DNA of 64,000 bases, taken from Eledone cirrhosa. Lineage: Eukaryota. The position numbers and the translations under genes are program-made. The stretch spans positions 247,008,001 to 247,072,000 of the forward strand of contig OZ024743.1 of NCBI GenBank assembly GCA_964016885.1, in the 5' to 3' direction. Below, one piece after another: positions 11,028 to 24,930 of the stretch (position 1 is its first letter; each line of letters begins with the position of its first letter). The notes below the pieces were generated by a model, which searched no databases, had not been told where the DNA came from, and was given only the letters and a program-made list of their open reading frames with translations.

Positions 11028-11946
11028 GTAATGAAATATAGTTGTTTGACTCTTTAAAAAATATCATCATCATCATTATCACTATCATAACTATCATCAT
11101 CACCATCAATATTTGTAGCTACCCTCATCCTCACTGTAAAATCTATCCATACTCCTCCTCCTTAGTTATTCTCACCATCACTGCATGCATGGTCGGAATA
11201 CAGCAGATTTGCTCCATAAAAAGAGAGAGAGTGAGAGAATGGAAATGGGAAAGAGATATAGAGGAAGAATCAACCCCAGTATTAGACAGGAAGGTATGAA
11301 AGGATGAAAGGCAAAATTGACCTCGGTGGGATTTGAACTCAGAGAGCTGAAGCAATTACTGCAAAGCATTCTATCCAACATTCTAATGACTCTGCCAATT
11401 CGCCACCTCTCACCATTACTAACACCACAGTGAGTACCCACCCCGCCACTACATTATTGGAGTTTACCCCTTTCTTCCTACTCATCACACAGAAAGCACT
11501 TCAGTTGAGACAATGACCAACAACTTCTCTAGTGTTGGTGCCATGAAAATGCACCCAGTGCACCCTGTAAGGTGGTTGGCAATAGGAAGGGCACCTCGCT
11601 GTAAAAACCATACCAAAAAGGGTCAAGAGGAACCTTCAGTTGTGTCATTTGCTTAACATCTTCCCTAGTGTTGGTGATCTACACAATAAATGCATACAGT
11701 ACATGTGTAAAGTGATTGATGATAGGAAGGGCATCCAACCATAGAAAACCTGGTAAGACATAACAATCTTCTTAGTGCTAGTGTCATAATAAAATGCACT
11801 TTGTAGAGCACGGGATCATATGTAAGCTAGGAACAGGCCCTTGGCCCATCTGAGAAGTCAGTAGCCATGACTGAGTGCTGAATTGATCTCTGAAAATATG
11901 TCCAAATCTTGCTAGCAGGAAAAACAGATGTTAAATGATGATGGTA

Positions 11947-12215
11947 CATCATCATCATCACCGTTTTACATCCGTTCTTCCACGCTAGCATGAGTTAGAC
12001 GGGTTGTCCTCTTGTGGGCAGTGTCCGGTCGGCTGACCTTGTCTTGCTCATACGGGAACTGATTCTGGCTTGATTTCTACAGCTGGATGCCTTTCCTAAC
12101 ACCAACCTCATTTACAGTGAGTGCTGGGTGCTTTTTTTCTGTGGCGCCTACACGTCCACTTTACAGTTTGGGCTGGGTGCTTTTTGCTGTGGCACCTCCA
12201 CGACCACTTTGCAGT
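11947..12215 (-). mobile_element. 3' end of RTE LINE (heavily 5'-truncated copy)
   Basis: Reverse complement is nearly identical to the 3' UTR and (GAT)n tail at ~20985-21251. Confidence 0.8.
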
Positions 12216-12590
12216 GGAATGATAGGGACACCAGTCCTATCACCTCATTTCTACAGCTGAGTAAACTGGAACAATATGAAATAAAGTGTCTTGCCCAAGG
12301 AAACAACACATCACCCAGTCTGAGAATTGAACTCACAACTTTTCGATTGCAAGCCAAATGCTTGCAATATATATATATATTCGAATATGAAATATGTGCC
12401 AATTCAAATATAAGCCAAACCTCTATTTTATCTCTGAAAAACGGGCTAAATCGAAACACTCTTTATAAGCCAAGGCAACTAATAAAGACATTATGTTTAG
12501 ATGGTGGGGTTTTGAAATTCTCAAGATTGGAGAATATCTTTATGAAGTTTTAATATTTTGATATTAAAATGTTTTAAGTGTCATTTAGAA

Positions 12591-12892
12591 CAGCAGTGCC
12601 CAACCTTTTTGCACCACAGACCGGTGTCATGCAAGACAATTTTTTCACGGTCAGTTGCATAACAAAGCACAATGAACAATGAAGTGCATATTATACAATT
12701 TTATTATTAATTTACTTATTACATTTATACTGTAAATGTGACTCAACTCAACATAATACAGATTCAACTTAACATAAGGTAGACTGCGATAGCCAAGAAA
12801 ATGGAAAACATTTGTTATTCTTTCTGTGCGGCCCGGTATCAAATAGTCCACAGCATGGTACTGGTCCATGGCCTGGTGGCTGGAGACCGCTG
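12591..12892. mobile_element. hAT (Charlie-like) non-autonomous DNA transposon
   Basis: TIR-like ends cagcagtgcccaacc / ggctggagaccgctg; diverged 8-bp flanks atttagaa / gtttaaag. Confidence 0.6.
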
Positions 12893-13170
12893 GTTTAAAG
12901 TATAGTTTTTGTTTCACAACTCCATTACGTAATGATTTTTTTTTTACCAATTTTCGACCGTTTTGAAGGTCATAGCCTTTCAAACCACAACAAAAACAAT
13001 AAAAATTTCACCTCCAAAGTAAAACAAAGTACAAAACAGCACTCTAACTGCATCACAATAAAAAAAACATAATACTGCAAATGTTCAAAATAATATATTA
13101 TCTAGCAAAATAGCATAAATATTTGAATTGACAAACTTATTTTTAGATATTTTCTGCTGTTGTTCTCTAC

Positions 13171-13451
13171 CAGAGTTTCCCAAAACTATCCTCCATTCCT
13201 TTTAGGCAATATATTTCATCAGCACCCTTTCTCAACTGTAAAGTTAATAAAAAAAATTATACATTGAAAATTAACTTTTGATATCTATTTTTTAAATTAT
13301 TTAAGCATTTACTGAATATCTAAAAATGACAGTTTTTATGAGCAACTACTATATTCTTTGCCCCTTTTCTCCCTCACACCCATTGCCTTTCAGTGTCCCT
13401 CTTGATACTCAGTGCCCTTATAAATGTAAGCATTCCTTTGGGGAATCACTG
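13171..13451. mobile_element. hAT-like MITE
   Basis: Ends cagagtttcccaaa / tttggggaatcactg are imperfect inverted repeats. Confidence 0.5.
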
Positions 13452-13566
13452 GTCTATATATACTGTTTCATCTTTTTTATTTTTTTTTTTTGTAATGTAA
13501 AATATGTTTAAATGCTGCCCTAACTTATGTGACACTATATATATGTTGTATTGTTTTAAATGTCAG

Positions 13567-13735
13567 AAAAATAAGAAACCTCAGAGAGAAGGATATCGTA
13601 AAATGATGCAGAAAGTTGAAGAAAAGAAGACTCGACAGAGGAAAGTACCCTCTGCTGACCCCAAAGTCACAAAGAAGTTGCTGGAAGAACTTCATATTGA
13701 CAAAGAATATCTTGAACAGTTGCTTTTAGACAAAA
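13567..13735 (+). CDS. TTC25: TTC25/ODAD4 coding exon 5
   Basis: tgtcAG|AAA...AAA A|GTAAG; ...KVTKKLLEELHIDKEYLEQLLLDK resembles TVRQLLGELYVDKEYLEKLLLDE. Confidence 0.92.
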
Positions 13736-13989
13736 GTAAGTAACATCTTATAGAAACTACAGACAAATATGGTTTCTTAAGAAGTGTTTGCTTTGTAAAA
13801 ATATTGATTGGTCCTTATTGTTTAGTTTTAATTAACATTTAATGAACTCTGTCCAACCCTTGCTAGCAGAGAAAATTAACATTGAATGATAATGATGATG
13901 ATTTAATAATTTTCAAATCTTTAACTTTTTTAACATCTACCTACCCACTACCCAACACTACCTCAAGTGTTATTATATAAAACCCCTCA

Positions 13990-14465
13990 TTTTAAAATTA
14001 CTATCCTTCAGTTTGTGGTACAACCAAAAGTCACAGGGAGCAAGATCTGGGCTGTAGGGATGGGGAGGGACGTTTTGATGCCCATCTCTCTCATGTAGTT
14101 GGTTATCAGATGGAATTGTGAACTGGTGCAGGTACAACTGACCCAAGTGGAAGAGCTCTGGCCTTTTGCAATGAAATCTCTTTCTGAACTTCCTCAAAAC
14201 CTCCAAAAAATACTCATTGTTGACTGTCAGGCCAGAGGGTACCCAGTGAATGTTGATGATGCTCTTTCTGTTGAAAAAGGATATCATTATGAGCTTCCCT
14301 GTGGATTCACTCCAGCCTTCACATATCCTCCGCAGTTGCTGCCCATGTCTCACTACCATGTAGCATCACACATCTCACGCAGGCATCATACAACCGACCT
14401 TTCATTCGTAGAGAGAAACCCTTCGTTTTCAACAAAGGAAGCTCCCTAAACTTCTTCCATCCTGT
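13990..14465 (-). mobile_element. Mariner transposase pseudogene fragment
   Basis: GKLIMISFF..., TVNNEYFLEVLRKFRKRFHCKRP and the mariner signature PYSPDLAPCDFWL; frame-disrupted. Confidence 0.85.
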
Positions 14466-14469
14466 CCTT

Positions 14470-14544
<75 letters not shown>

Positions 14545-14893
14545 AGATATAACAACTTCCTAGTGCTGATGCCATGATAAAATGATAAACTGCACCTGTA
14601 GCAGGGAAAATAAATGTTCAATGATGATGGTGGGGATATGACAAGCTTCCTTACAGTTTTCGTTGACCAAATTAACTCATGAAGCATTGATCAACTCAAG
14701 GCACAAGATGCCACAGTGGGATTGAGCCTGAAACCATTTAGTTGCAAAGCAAACTTCTTAACCCCACAAACCTCATATATATACAGTTATTGCTCTGTTC
14801 AAAATATCAAATTAAAACAAGAATTGAAATAAAATTCTCACTTTTGATATATTTTGATTCTTAATTCTTCTTTGTTTTTCTAATTTTAATTAG

Positions 14894-15097
14894 CTTTGAC
14901 AGATTCTAAGATAGATTTCAATGATGAGACAATTCGTGACTTAATAATGGATGAGCTTGAGTACCTTGATACACGTATGAACTTTTGGCAACAGCAGAAA
15001 CCTTTGTATGCACATAGAAGGAAGACAACAGCCAAGAGTTCAACTCTCCGTGGTAACAGCAAGCACATTCTTAACTGTCTGGAAGAAGTAGATGACC
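14894..15097 (+). CDS. TTC25: TTC25/ODAD4 coding exon 6
   Basis: aattAG|CT...GAC C|GTAAG; TIRDLIMDELEYLDTRMNFWQQQKPLYAH resembles YLDTHSNFWRQQKPIYAR. Confidence 0.93.
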
Positions 15098-15119
15098 GTA
15101 AGATAACAAATTTACTTAA

Positions 15120-15796
15120 CCCTTCTGATACCAATCAACCTGAAACTGCATCAGGCTTTGTAATACAAAACCTCTAGCCAAAATGTAGAAAGCTATTTTG
15201 AATAATGTGATCATCAAATTTATAGATTCAATGCCTCATAAACATGATTCCATTTTGAGAAATTTTAGGTGCCCGACCAAGTATTAGAGCCCTGTGATTT
15301 TATTTTTCTTGGTCTTTAAATCTTTTGACATCAGCCTACCTGAAACTGCTTTTGGTTTTATAATACAAAACATCTAATCTATGTGGTCAGATTCAAATTC
15401 AAATAATCCATTATAATTTTATGTAAGAAACTTTTAAGTTATGTTTGAAACACCAGCTTAACCCTTTAGCATTTACATTACCCTATATTTACTATTGTAT
15501 TTTCGCGATAAAGGCTTTGTCTTACATAATAACTCACATAATATCGAATATATGGGATTTTGATATTATTTATTTTGAGAACCATACCTTAACATCAGTA
15601 TGAGTGGCCAGTTACAACCAATTTGTACTGAAAGAGGTGAGAGAACTTTGGCTGGATATGGCCAGTTTAAATGCTAAAGAGTTAATTATGAAAAGTCATT
15701 TATGTTACTAAATCCTACCAACATTTTTTTATTATTTTCAAAATTAATTGAAACACATAGGCTGTGTATTTTATTAGAAATATGGTCACAAAAGGG
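15120..15796. mobile_element. piggyBac-like MITE (TTAA flanks) hosting a nested MITE
   Basis: TTAA|CCCTTCTGATACCA ... TGGTCACAAAAGGG|TTAA. Confidence 0.65.
15462..15681. mobile_element. piggyBac-like MITE (nested copy)
   Basis: TTAA|CCCTTTAGCATTTA ... TAAATGCTAAAGAG|TTAA; related copies at 56842-57049 and 58723-58902. Confidence 0.8.
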
Positions 15797-16855
15797 TTAA
15801 CGTGGCAGAATCAGTAGAGCTCTGCACTAAATACATAACAGTGTTTTTAGTTGTTCCCAGATGTTCTCATTGACTTTGTCTTTCATTCTTTTGGGTCTAT
15901 AAAATAATTACCAGTCATGTAGTGGGGTTGATTTCGTCAGCTATGCTTGTCTCCTACAAATGTGTAGCCTTGTAACATGGGTGGTGAATTGGCAGAGTCA
16001 TTTGCACATATGTTTGATTTCTGAGCCTGAGTTCAAATCCTACAAGGTTAGTTTTGTCTTTCATCCTTTTATGACGACAATAACAACAAACAATTGTTTT
16101 AAATCCATCTTCTCTGTTAAAGCAGGGGTTAGTTTTGCCAGACCTATGACAAGCTTTGCCATTTTTCCCTATTGTTTGATTTCCACTTCACCAACCTCTG
16201 ACTTTCATTTTCTCCACCATCAATTTTAGCTTTGTTTTTCTTGATCTTTCCACATTCATTTCCATCACTCTTTTCATCCAGTTACTTTCATCCTTCTTCA
16301 ACACATGACCCAACCATCTCATTCCATTTCTTTTCACAACATTCATTGCTGGTTCTATTCCTATCATCCTCTACAATCCATTATTTGTCACCCTCTCTCT
16401 CAACAATACTCTACTCATCTATTGGACCATTCTCATTTCTGTTCTTTCCAGCTTTCTCTATTGCTCGATGTTCATCACCTATGCTTTGCTCCCATAAATC
16501 ATGGAACTTCTCACATATGTAGCATACATTTTTGTATTCAGTTTCAACAACACTCTCCTTCTCATTAGCACACTGCTCAATTTTTGGAACTTCTTCCATG
16601 CACATCTCACTCTAGATACTGTCACAGTCTGATCCACCCTCTGCATTTAAGATGACTCCAAAGTAACAAAACGTTTTCATAATCCAGAGCCCTCATCATA
16701 TATTTTTCAACCTTTTGGGGTCTATAAGATAAGTACCAGTCATATACTGAGGTTGATTCAATCAGCTATACATATTTCCTACAAATATATTGCTTTGTAA
16801 CAAATTACAAATCAATTTTGTTGTTTTTGTTGTTATTATTGGTTGCAATGGCAGT

Positions 16856-17065
16856 GGCTTGGCAGTATTGATAGAGTATCGGACAACATACTTTGCAGCA
16901 TATAGTTACAACTCTTTATGGATTGAGTTCAAATCTCTCCGAGGTTAACTTTGCCTTTCATCCTTATGTTGTCGATAAAATAAAGTACCAGTAATGCACT
17001 GGGCTCAATTTAATCAACTTTCCCCTCCCCCAAAATTGTTGGTCTTGTGCCTAAATCAGAAACCA
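16856..17065 (+). mobile_element. tRNA-derived SINE family A
   Basis: tggcagtattgatagag ... gagttcaaatctctccgagg ... ctttcatcct..gtcgataaaataaagtaccagt. Confidence 0.75.
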
Positions 17066-17327
17066 TTATTGGTTGCAATATTTGTGGCGTTTTACTATAT
17101 CAGCCCTAAATGACATCCTTTTAGCTCTAGACTCAAGGTGCTGATGATATCAGCAGTGGATGAGTTCAAATGCTGTCAGCAGAAAAGTGGTAATGCTTCT
17201 TCCAGATAGTATGAGCAATAAAAAGATCAATAGAAACAGCTTTTCCTTCAATGTAATGATTAGATTCTTTCCTTCTTTTATTGTTTACTTAAGAACTCAT
17301 GGTATATTTTTGTTGGTTCCATTACAG

Positions 17328-17535
17328 TTCTGCTACAAGGAAACTTCAGAAAAACATTGGAGAAAGCCAAGACTACTCTGAAAATAGCTGAAGCCTCTTC
17401 TATCAATAAAATACCTGAAAAGAATTTGTTCATTGCTAATCTTCACAGTTGCATTGGTAATGCTTACATGGAACTTGGAGAGTTTCAACTTGCAGAGAAA
17501 CATCACCTTAGAGACCAAGTTATATCAGAGGAGAA
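17328..17535 (+). CDS. TTC25: TTC25/ODAD4 coding exon 7
   Basis: tacAG|TT...GAG AA|GTAAG; IANLHSCIGNAYMELGEFQLAEKHHLRD resembles VGNLYSCIGNAQIELGQMEAALQSHRKD. Confidence 0.93.
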
Positions 17536-17630
17536 GTAAGAATCTTAAGCTATATTCATGTTGTTCTTTCTGTTGCTGTTGCTGCTGCTGCTGTTGTGGC
17601 AGCATCACAGAATACTGTCAAACATTGTTG

Positions 17631-20160
17631 GTATCAGAATACTGGGATGGTGGAATATAGTCAATATAGTTTGATATCAGAATACTGGGATGGTGGAATA
17701 TAGTCAATATAGTTTGATATCAGAATACTGGGATGGTGGAATATAGTCAATATAGTTTGATATCAGAATACTGGGATGGTGGAATATAGTCAATATAGTT
17801 TGATATCAGAATACTGGGATGGTGGAATATAGTCAATATAGTTTGATATCAGAATACTGGGATGGTGGAATATAGTCAAATATAGTTTGATATCAGAATA
17901 CTGGGATGGTGGAATATAGTCAAATATAGTTTGATATCAGAATACTGGGATGGTGGAATATAGTCAAATATAGTTTGATATCAGAATACTGGGATGGTGG
18001 AATATAGTCAATATAGTTTGATATCAGAATACTGGGATGGTGGAATATAGTCAATATAGTTTGATATCAGAATACTGGGATGGTGGAATATAGTCAATAT
18101 AGTTTGATATCAGAATACTGGGATGGTGGAATATAGTCAAATATAGTTTGATATCAGAATACTGGGATGGTGGAATATAGTCAAATATAGTTTGATATCA
18201 GAATACTGGGATGGTGGAATATAGTCAATATAGTTTGATATCAGAATACTGGGAAGGTGGAATATAGTCAATATAGTTTGATATCAGAATACTGGGATGG
18301 TGGAATATAGTCAAATATAGTTTGATATCAGAATACTGGGAAGGTGGAATATAGTCAAATATAGTTTGATATCAGAATACTGGGAAGGTGGAATATAGTC
18401 AAATATAGTTTGATATCAGAATACTGGGAAGGTGGAATATAGTCAATATAGTTTGATATCAGAATACTGGGATGGTGGAATATAGTCAAATATAGTTTGA
18501 TATCAGAATACTGGGATGGTGGAATATAGTCAAATATAGTTTGATATCAGAATACTGGGATGGTGGAATATAGTCAATATAGTTTGATATCAGAATACTG
18601 GGAAGGTGGAATATAGTCAATATAGTTTGATATCAGAATACTGGGAAGGTGGAATATAGTCAAATATAGTTTGATATCAGAATACTGGGAAGGTGGAATA
18701 TAGTCAATATAGTTGGATATCAGAATACTGGGATGGTGGAATATAGTCAAATATAGTTTGATATCAGAATACTGGGAAGGTGGAATATAGTCAAATATAG
18801 TTTGATATCAGAATACTGGGATGGTGGAATATAGTCAATATAGTTTGATATCAGAATACTAGGATGGTGGAATATAGTCAATATAGTTTGTTATCAGAAT
18901 ACTGGGATGGTGGAATATAGTCAAATATAGTTTGATATCAGAATACTGGGATGGTGGAATATAGTCAAATATAGTTTGATATCAGAATACTGGGATGGTG
19001 GAATATAGTCAATATAGTTTGATATCAGAATACTGGGATGGTGGAATATAGTCAATATAGTTTGATATGAGAATACTGGGATGGTGGAATATAGTCAAAT
19101 ATAGTTTGATATCAGAATACTGGGATGGTGGAATATATTCAAATATAGTTTGATATCAGAATACTGGGATGGTGGAATATAGTCAAATATAGTTTGATAT
19201 CAGAATACTGGGATGGTGGAATATAGTCAATATAGTTTGATATCAGAATACTGGGATGGTGGAATATAGTCAAATATAGTTTGATATCAGAATACTGGGA
19301 TGGTGGAATATAGTCAATATAGTTTGATATCAGAATACTGGGATGGTGGAATATAGTCAATATAGTTTGATATCAGAATACTGGGATGGTGGAATATAGT
19401 CAATATAGTTTGATATCAGAATACTGGGATGGTGGAATATAGTCAATATAGTTTGATATCAGAATACTGGGATGGTGGAATATAGTCAAATATAGTTTGA
19501 TATCAGAATACTGGGATGGTGGAATATAGTCAAATATAGTTTGATATCAGAATACTGGGATGGTGGAATATAGTCAATATAGTTTGATATCAGAATACTG
19601 GGATGGTGGAATATAGTCAAATATAGTTTGATATCAGAATACTGGGATGGTGGAATATAGTCAATATAGTTTGATATCAGAATACTGGGATGGTGGAATA
19701 TAGTCAAATATAGTTTGATATCAGAATACTGGGATGGTGGAATATAGTCAAATATAGTTTGATATCAGAATACTGGGATGGTGGAATATAGTCAATATAG
19801 TTTGATATCAGAATACTGGGATGGTGGAATATAGTCAAATATAGTTTGATATCAGAATACTGGGATGGTGGAATATAGTCAATATAGTTTGATATCAGAA
19901 TACTGGGATGGTGGAATATAGTCAAATATAGTTTGATATCAGAATACTGGGATGGTGGAATATAGTCAATATAGTTTGATATCAGAATACTGGGATGGTG
20001 GAATATAGTCAAATATAGTTTGATATCAGAATACTGGGATGGTGGAATATAGTCAAATATAGTTTGATATCAGAATACTGGGATGGTGGAATATAGTCAA
20101 TATAGTTTGATATCAGAATACTGGGATGGTGGAATATAGTCAATATAGTTTGATATCAGA
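17631..20160. repeat. 43/44-bp minisatellite, left arm (intron 7)
   Basis: Unit atcagaatactgggatggtggaatatagtca(a)atatagtttgat, highly homogeneous. Confidence 0.97.
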
Positions 20161-21251
20161 TGTAGGAAAGGTGTAGGTAGGAACTCCATTCTTTGCCCCA
20201 AATGCAAACAATGGGTACACAAGAGATGTAGCGGGATCTCAGGAAGCTTAATTAAGAATGTAGGATTCACATGCAGCAGCTGTGCTGAAACAGCAAGCAA
20301 ACAGCCACAGGAAACAAGTACCACCAATCTCTGGGAGGGCCCTGTAGAAACAGTAGACAGCTTCTGCTACCTAGGTGACCGAATTAGCAACGGAGGTGGG
20401 TGCTCAGAAAGTACAATAACTAGGGTAAGAACGGGATGGAAGAAGTTTAGGGAACTACTACCACTGCTAGCTGCAAAAGGCTTCTCCCTCAGAATGAAAG
20501 GCAGACTGTATGATGCGTGTATCCGAACAGCGATGTTGCATGGTAGTGAGACCTGGGCGCTGAAGGTGGAAGACTTACGTAGATTAGAGAGAAACGAAGC
20601 CTGCATGCTCCGATGGATGTGTAACAGTAATATACGTGAACGACAAAGCATAAATGAATTGAGAGAGAGACTGAGCATAAGAGGAATCAAATGCTGCGTG
20701 CAGGAGAGGCGGTTACGCTGGTATGGACATGTGATGCGTATGAAGGATGACAGCTGCATAAAAAGGTGCAGAGCACTAGAAGTTGATGGAAACCGCGGAG
20801 TGGGGAGACCCAAGATGACTTGGGATGAGGTGATAAAAGCCGACCTTACCCAACTACACCTCTCAAAGTCAATGACACACGACCGTGACTTCTGGCGTCA
20901 CGCAGTAATACAGGGTACCCGACCTCCCATGGGTACATGCTGAAGCATATAAACGATATGCCCCCCCCCCCCCCCCCACACCGCAAGGTGGTCGTGGAGG
21001 TGCCACGGCAAAACAGCACCCAGCCCACACTGTAAAGTGGACGTGTAGGCGCCACGAAAAAGCACCCAGCACTCACTGTAAATGAGGTTGGTGTTAGGAA
21101 GGGCATCCAGCTGTAGAAATCAAGCCAGATCAGTTCCTGTATGAGCAAGGCATGGTCAGCCGACCAGACACTGCCCACAACAGGACAACCCGTCTAACCC
21201 ATGCTAGCGTGGAAGAACGGACGTAAAACGGTGATGATGATGATGATGATG
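20161..21251 (+). mobile_element. 5'-truncated RTE-clade LINE inserted in the minisatellite
   Basis: Open frame CRKGVGRNSILCPKCKQWVHKRCSG...FCYLGD...KGRLYDACIRTAMLHGSETW...RRLRWYGHVMR...GRPKMTW ends at 20943, followed by a 3' UTR and (GAT)n tail. Flanked by ATCAGA at 20155-20160 and 21252-21257. Confidence 0.9.
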
Positions 21252-23307
21252 ATCAGAATACTGGGATGGTGGAATATAGTCAATATAGTTTGATATCAGA
21301 ATACTGGGATGGTGGAATATAGTCAAATATAGTTTGATATCAGAATACTGGGATGGTGGAATATAGTCAAATATAGTTTGATATCAGAATACTGGGATGG
21401 TGGAATATAGTCAATATAGTTTGATATCAGAATACTGGGAAGGTGGAATATAGTCAATATAGTTTGATATCAGAATACTGGGATGGTGGAATATAGTCAA
21501 ATATAGTTTGATATCAGAATACTGGGAAGGTGGAATATAGTCAAATATAGTTTGATATCAGAATACTGGGAAGGTGGAATATAGTCAAATATAGTTTGAT
21601 ATCAGAATACTGGGAAGGTGGAATATAGTCAATATAGTTTGATATCAGAATACTGGGATGGTGGAATATAGTCAAATATAGTTTGATATCAGAATACTGG
21701 GATGGTGGAATATAGTCAAATATAGTTTGATATCAGAATACTGGGATGGTGGAATATAGTCAATATAGTTTGATATCAGAATACTGGGAAGGTGGAATAT
21801 AGTCAATATAGTTTGATATCAGAATACTGGGAAGGTGGAATATAGTCAAATATAGTTTGATATCAGAATACTGGGAAGGTGGAATATAGTCAATATAGTT
21901 GGATATCAGAATACTGGGATGGTGGAATATAGTCAAATATAGTTTGATATCAGAATACTGGGAAGGTGGAATATAGTCAAATATAGTTTGATATCAGAAT
22001 ACTGGGATGGTGGAATATAGTCAATATAGTTTGATATCAGAATACTAGGATGGTGGAATATAGTCAATATAGTTTGTTATCAGAATACTGGGATGGTGGA
22101 ATATAGTCAAATATAGTTTGATATCAGAATACTGGGATGGTGGAATATAGTCAAATATAGTTTGATATCAGAATACTGGGATGGTGGAATATAGTCAATA
22201 TAGTTTGATATCAGAATACTGGGATGGTGGAATATAGTCAATATAGTTTGATATCAGAATACTGGGATGGTGGAATATAGTCAAATATAGTTTGATATCA
22301 GAATACTGGGATGGTGGAATATATTCAAATATAGTTTGATATCAGAATACTGGGATGGTGGAATATAGTCAAATATAGTTTGATATGAGAATAGTGGGAT
22401 GGTGGAATATAGTCAATATAGTTTGATATCAGAATACTGGGATGGTGGAATATAGTCAAATATAGTTTGATATCAGAATACTGGGATGGTGGAATATAGT
22501 CAATATAGTTTGATATCAGAATACTGGGATGGTGGAATATAGTCAATATAGTTTGATATCAGAATACTGGGATGGTGGAATATAGTCAATATAGTTTGAT
22601 ATCAGAATACTGGGATGGTGGAATATAGTCAATATAGTTTGATATCAGAATACTGGGATGGTGGAATATAGTCAAATATAGTTTGATATCAGAATACTGG
22701 GATGGTGGAATATAGTCAAATATAGTTTGATATCAGAATACTGGGATGGTGGAATATAGTCAATATAGTTTGATATCAGAATACTGGGATGGTGGAATAT
22801 AGTCAAATATAGTTTGATATCAGAATACTGGGATGGTGGAATATAGTCAATATAGTTTGATATCAGAATACTGGGATGGTGGAATATAGTCAAATATAGT
22901 TTGATATCAGAATACTGGGATGGTGGAATATAGTCAAATATAGTTTGATATCAGAATACTGGGATGGTGGAATATAGTCAATATAGTTTGATATCAGAAT
23001 ACTGGGATGGTGGAATATAGTCAAATATAGTTTGATATCAGAATACTGGGATGGTGGAATATAGTCAATATAGTTTGATATCAGAATACTGGGATGGTGG
23101 AATATAGTCAAATATAGTTTGATATCAGAATACTGGGATGGTGGAATATAGTCAATATAGTTTGATATCAGAATACTGGGATGGTGGAATATAGTCAAAT
23201 ATAGTTTGATATCAGAATACTGGGATGGTGGAATATAGTCAAATATAGTTTGATATCAGAATACTGGGATGGTGGAATATAGTCAATATAGTTTGATATC
23301 AGAATAC
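21252..23307. repeat. 43/44-bp minisatellite, right arm (intron 7)
   Basis: Same unit; variant order copies the left arm at an offset of 3186 bp. Confidence 0.97.
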
Positions 23308-23372
23308 AGGGTTAGCAGTTTCAAAGAATTAATGTGATATTTCTTTTGAAATTATTTTTCATATTCTTTCAG

Positions 23373-23453
23373 TAAACAAGACAAAGGGCGTGCAGTGGAC
23401 AACCTTGGCAGAACATATGCAAGATGGGGGAAAAACAGAAAAGCCATTAATAT
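23373..23453 (+). CDS. TTC25: TTC25/ODAD4 coding exon 8
   Basis: tttcAG|T AAA...AAT AT|GTAGGT; KQDKGRAVDNLGRTYARWGKNRKAIN resembles SRALDNIGRVFARVGKFQQAID; phase 2/2. Confidence 0.92.
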
Positions 23454-23569
23454 GTAGGTAACAACTTGCTTAGTATATAACATTACCTTTGTATATGTTT
23501 ACCTGCATAAATTGTAATACTTCAAATATTAACAGTACTTCTGCAAATTAACATGTAGTACTGTAAGTG

Positions 23570-24292
23570 ACATATACCTGTGTTTGTTAACATGTACCTC
23601 TGTAAGTAACATGTACCTCTATATGTTAATATTTACCTCTGTATATTAACATATACCTCTGTATATTAACATGTACCTCTGTATATTAACATATACCTCT
23701 GTATATTAACATATACCTCTGTATATTAACATGTACCTCTGTATGTTGACATGTACCTCTGTATGTTAACATATACCTCTGTATATTAACATGTACCTCT
23801 GTATGTTAACATATACCTCTGTATATTAACGTGTACCACTGTATGTTAACATGTACCTCTGTATATTAACATGTACCTCTGTATGTTAACATATACCTCT
23901 GTATATTAACATATACCTCTGTATATTAACATGTACCTCTGTATGTTGACATGTACCTCTGTATGTTAACATGTACCTCTGTATATTAACATGTACCTCT
24001 GTATATTAACATGTACCTCTGTATGTTAACATGTACCACTATATGTTTATATGTACCTCTGTATGTTGACATGTACCTCTGTATGTTAACATGTACCTCT
24101 GTATATTAACATGTACCTCTGTATATTAACATGTACCTCTGTATGTTAACATGTACCACTATATGTTTATATGTACCTCTGTATGTTGACATGTACCTCT
24201 GTATGTTAACATGTACCTCTGTATATTAACATGTACCTCCGTATGTTGACATGTACCTCTGTATGCTAACATGTACTCTGTATATTAACATG
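23570..24292. repeat. 20-bp minisatellite, intron 8
   Basis: Unit gtatRttaacatRtacctct, about 35 copies. Confidence 0.93.
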
Positions 24293-24930
24293 CCTATAGG
24301 CTCTTTAACTACTGATGGAGCCGTAGGGGTAACATAGTGACATATGTCATGTTTTGGGACATTTAAACCTAGAGGAGCTCATTCTTCTCCAAGTCTGAAC
24401 ACAGCCAATTTCTTCCAGTGAGAGAGAGATATAGAGGATGAATTGACCCCAGTATGGGACTGGTCTTTAATTTATCGACCTCTAAAGAATGAAAGGCAAA
24501 GTTGACCTTTAGTGAGATTTGAAATCTGGATGTAAAGAGCTGAAACATATACTGCTAAGTATTTTCTTGCCTCTCTAACATGTCTGCTAATCTACCACCC
24601 TCACCTTTAGAGTAATAATGGCACAATGCCAGCCATTTGAAGGGAAGGGGAATGTCGATTAAGTTGATCCTAGTGCATTACTGGTACCTTATTTTATTGA
24701 CCCCGTAAGGATGAAGAACACAACTAATCTCAGATGAGATTTGAATGCAGAATGTAAAAGGCCATAATTCTATGCTGCATAGCATGTTGTCCGATCTCTA
24801 CCAATACTGTCAATCCACCAGCCTTACTTTTATAGCAATAATAATAATATAATTTGCATTAAAATTCGGTTGTTTGATTTTGTAAGTTTATCTTTATGCA
24901 ATATTGTATCATTGTTCTTTTTACTGGCAG

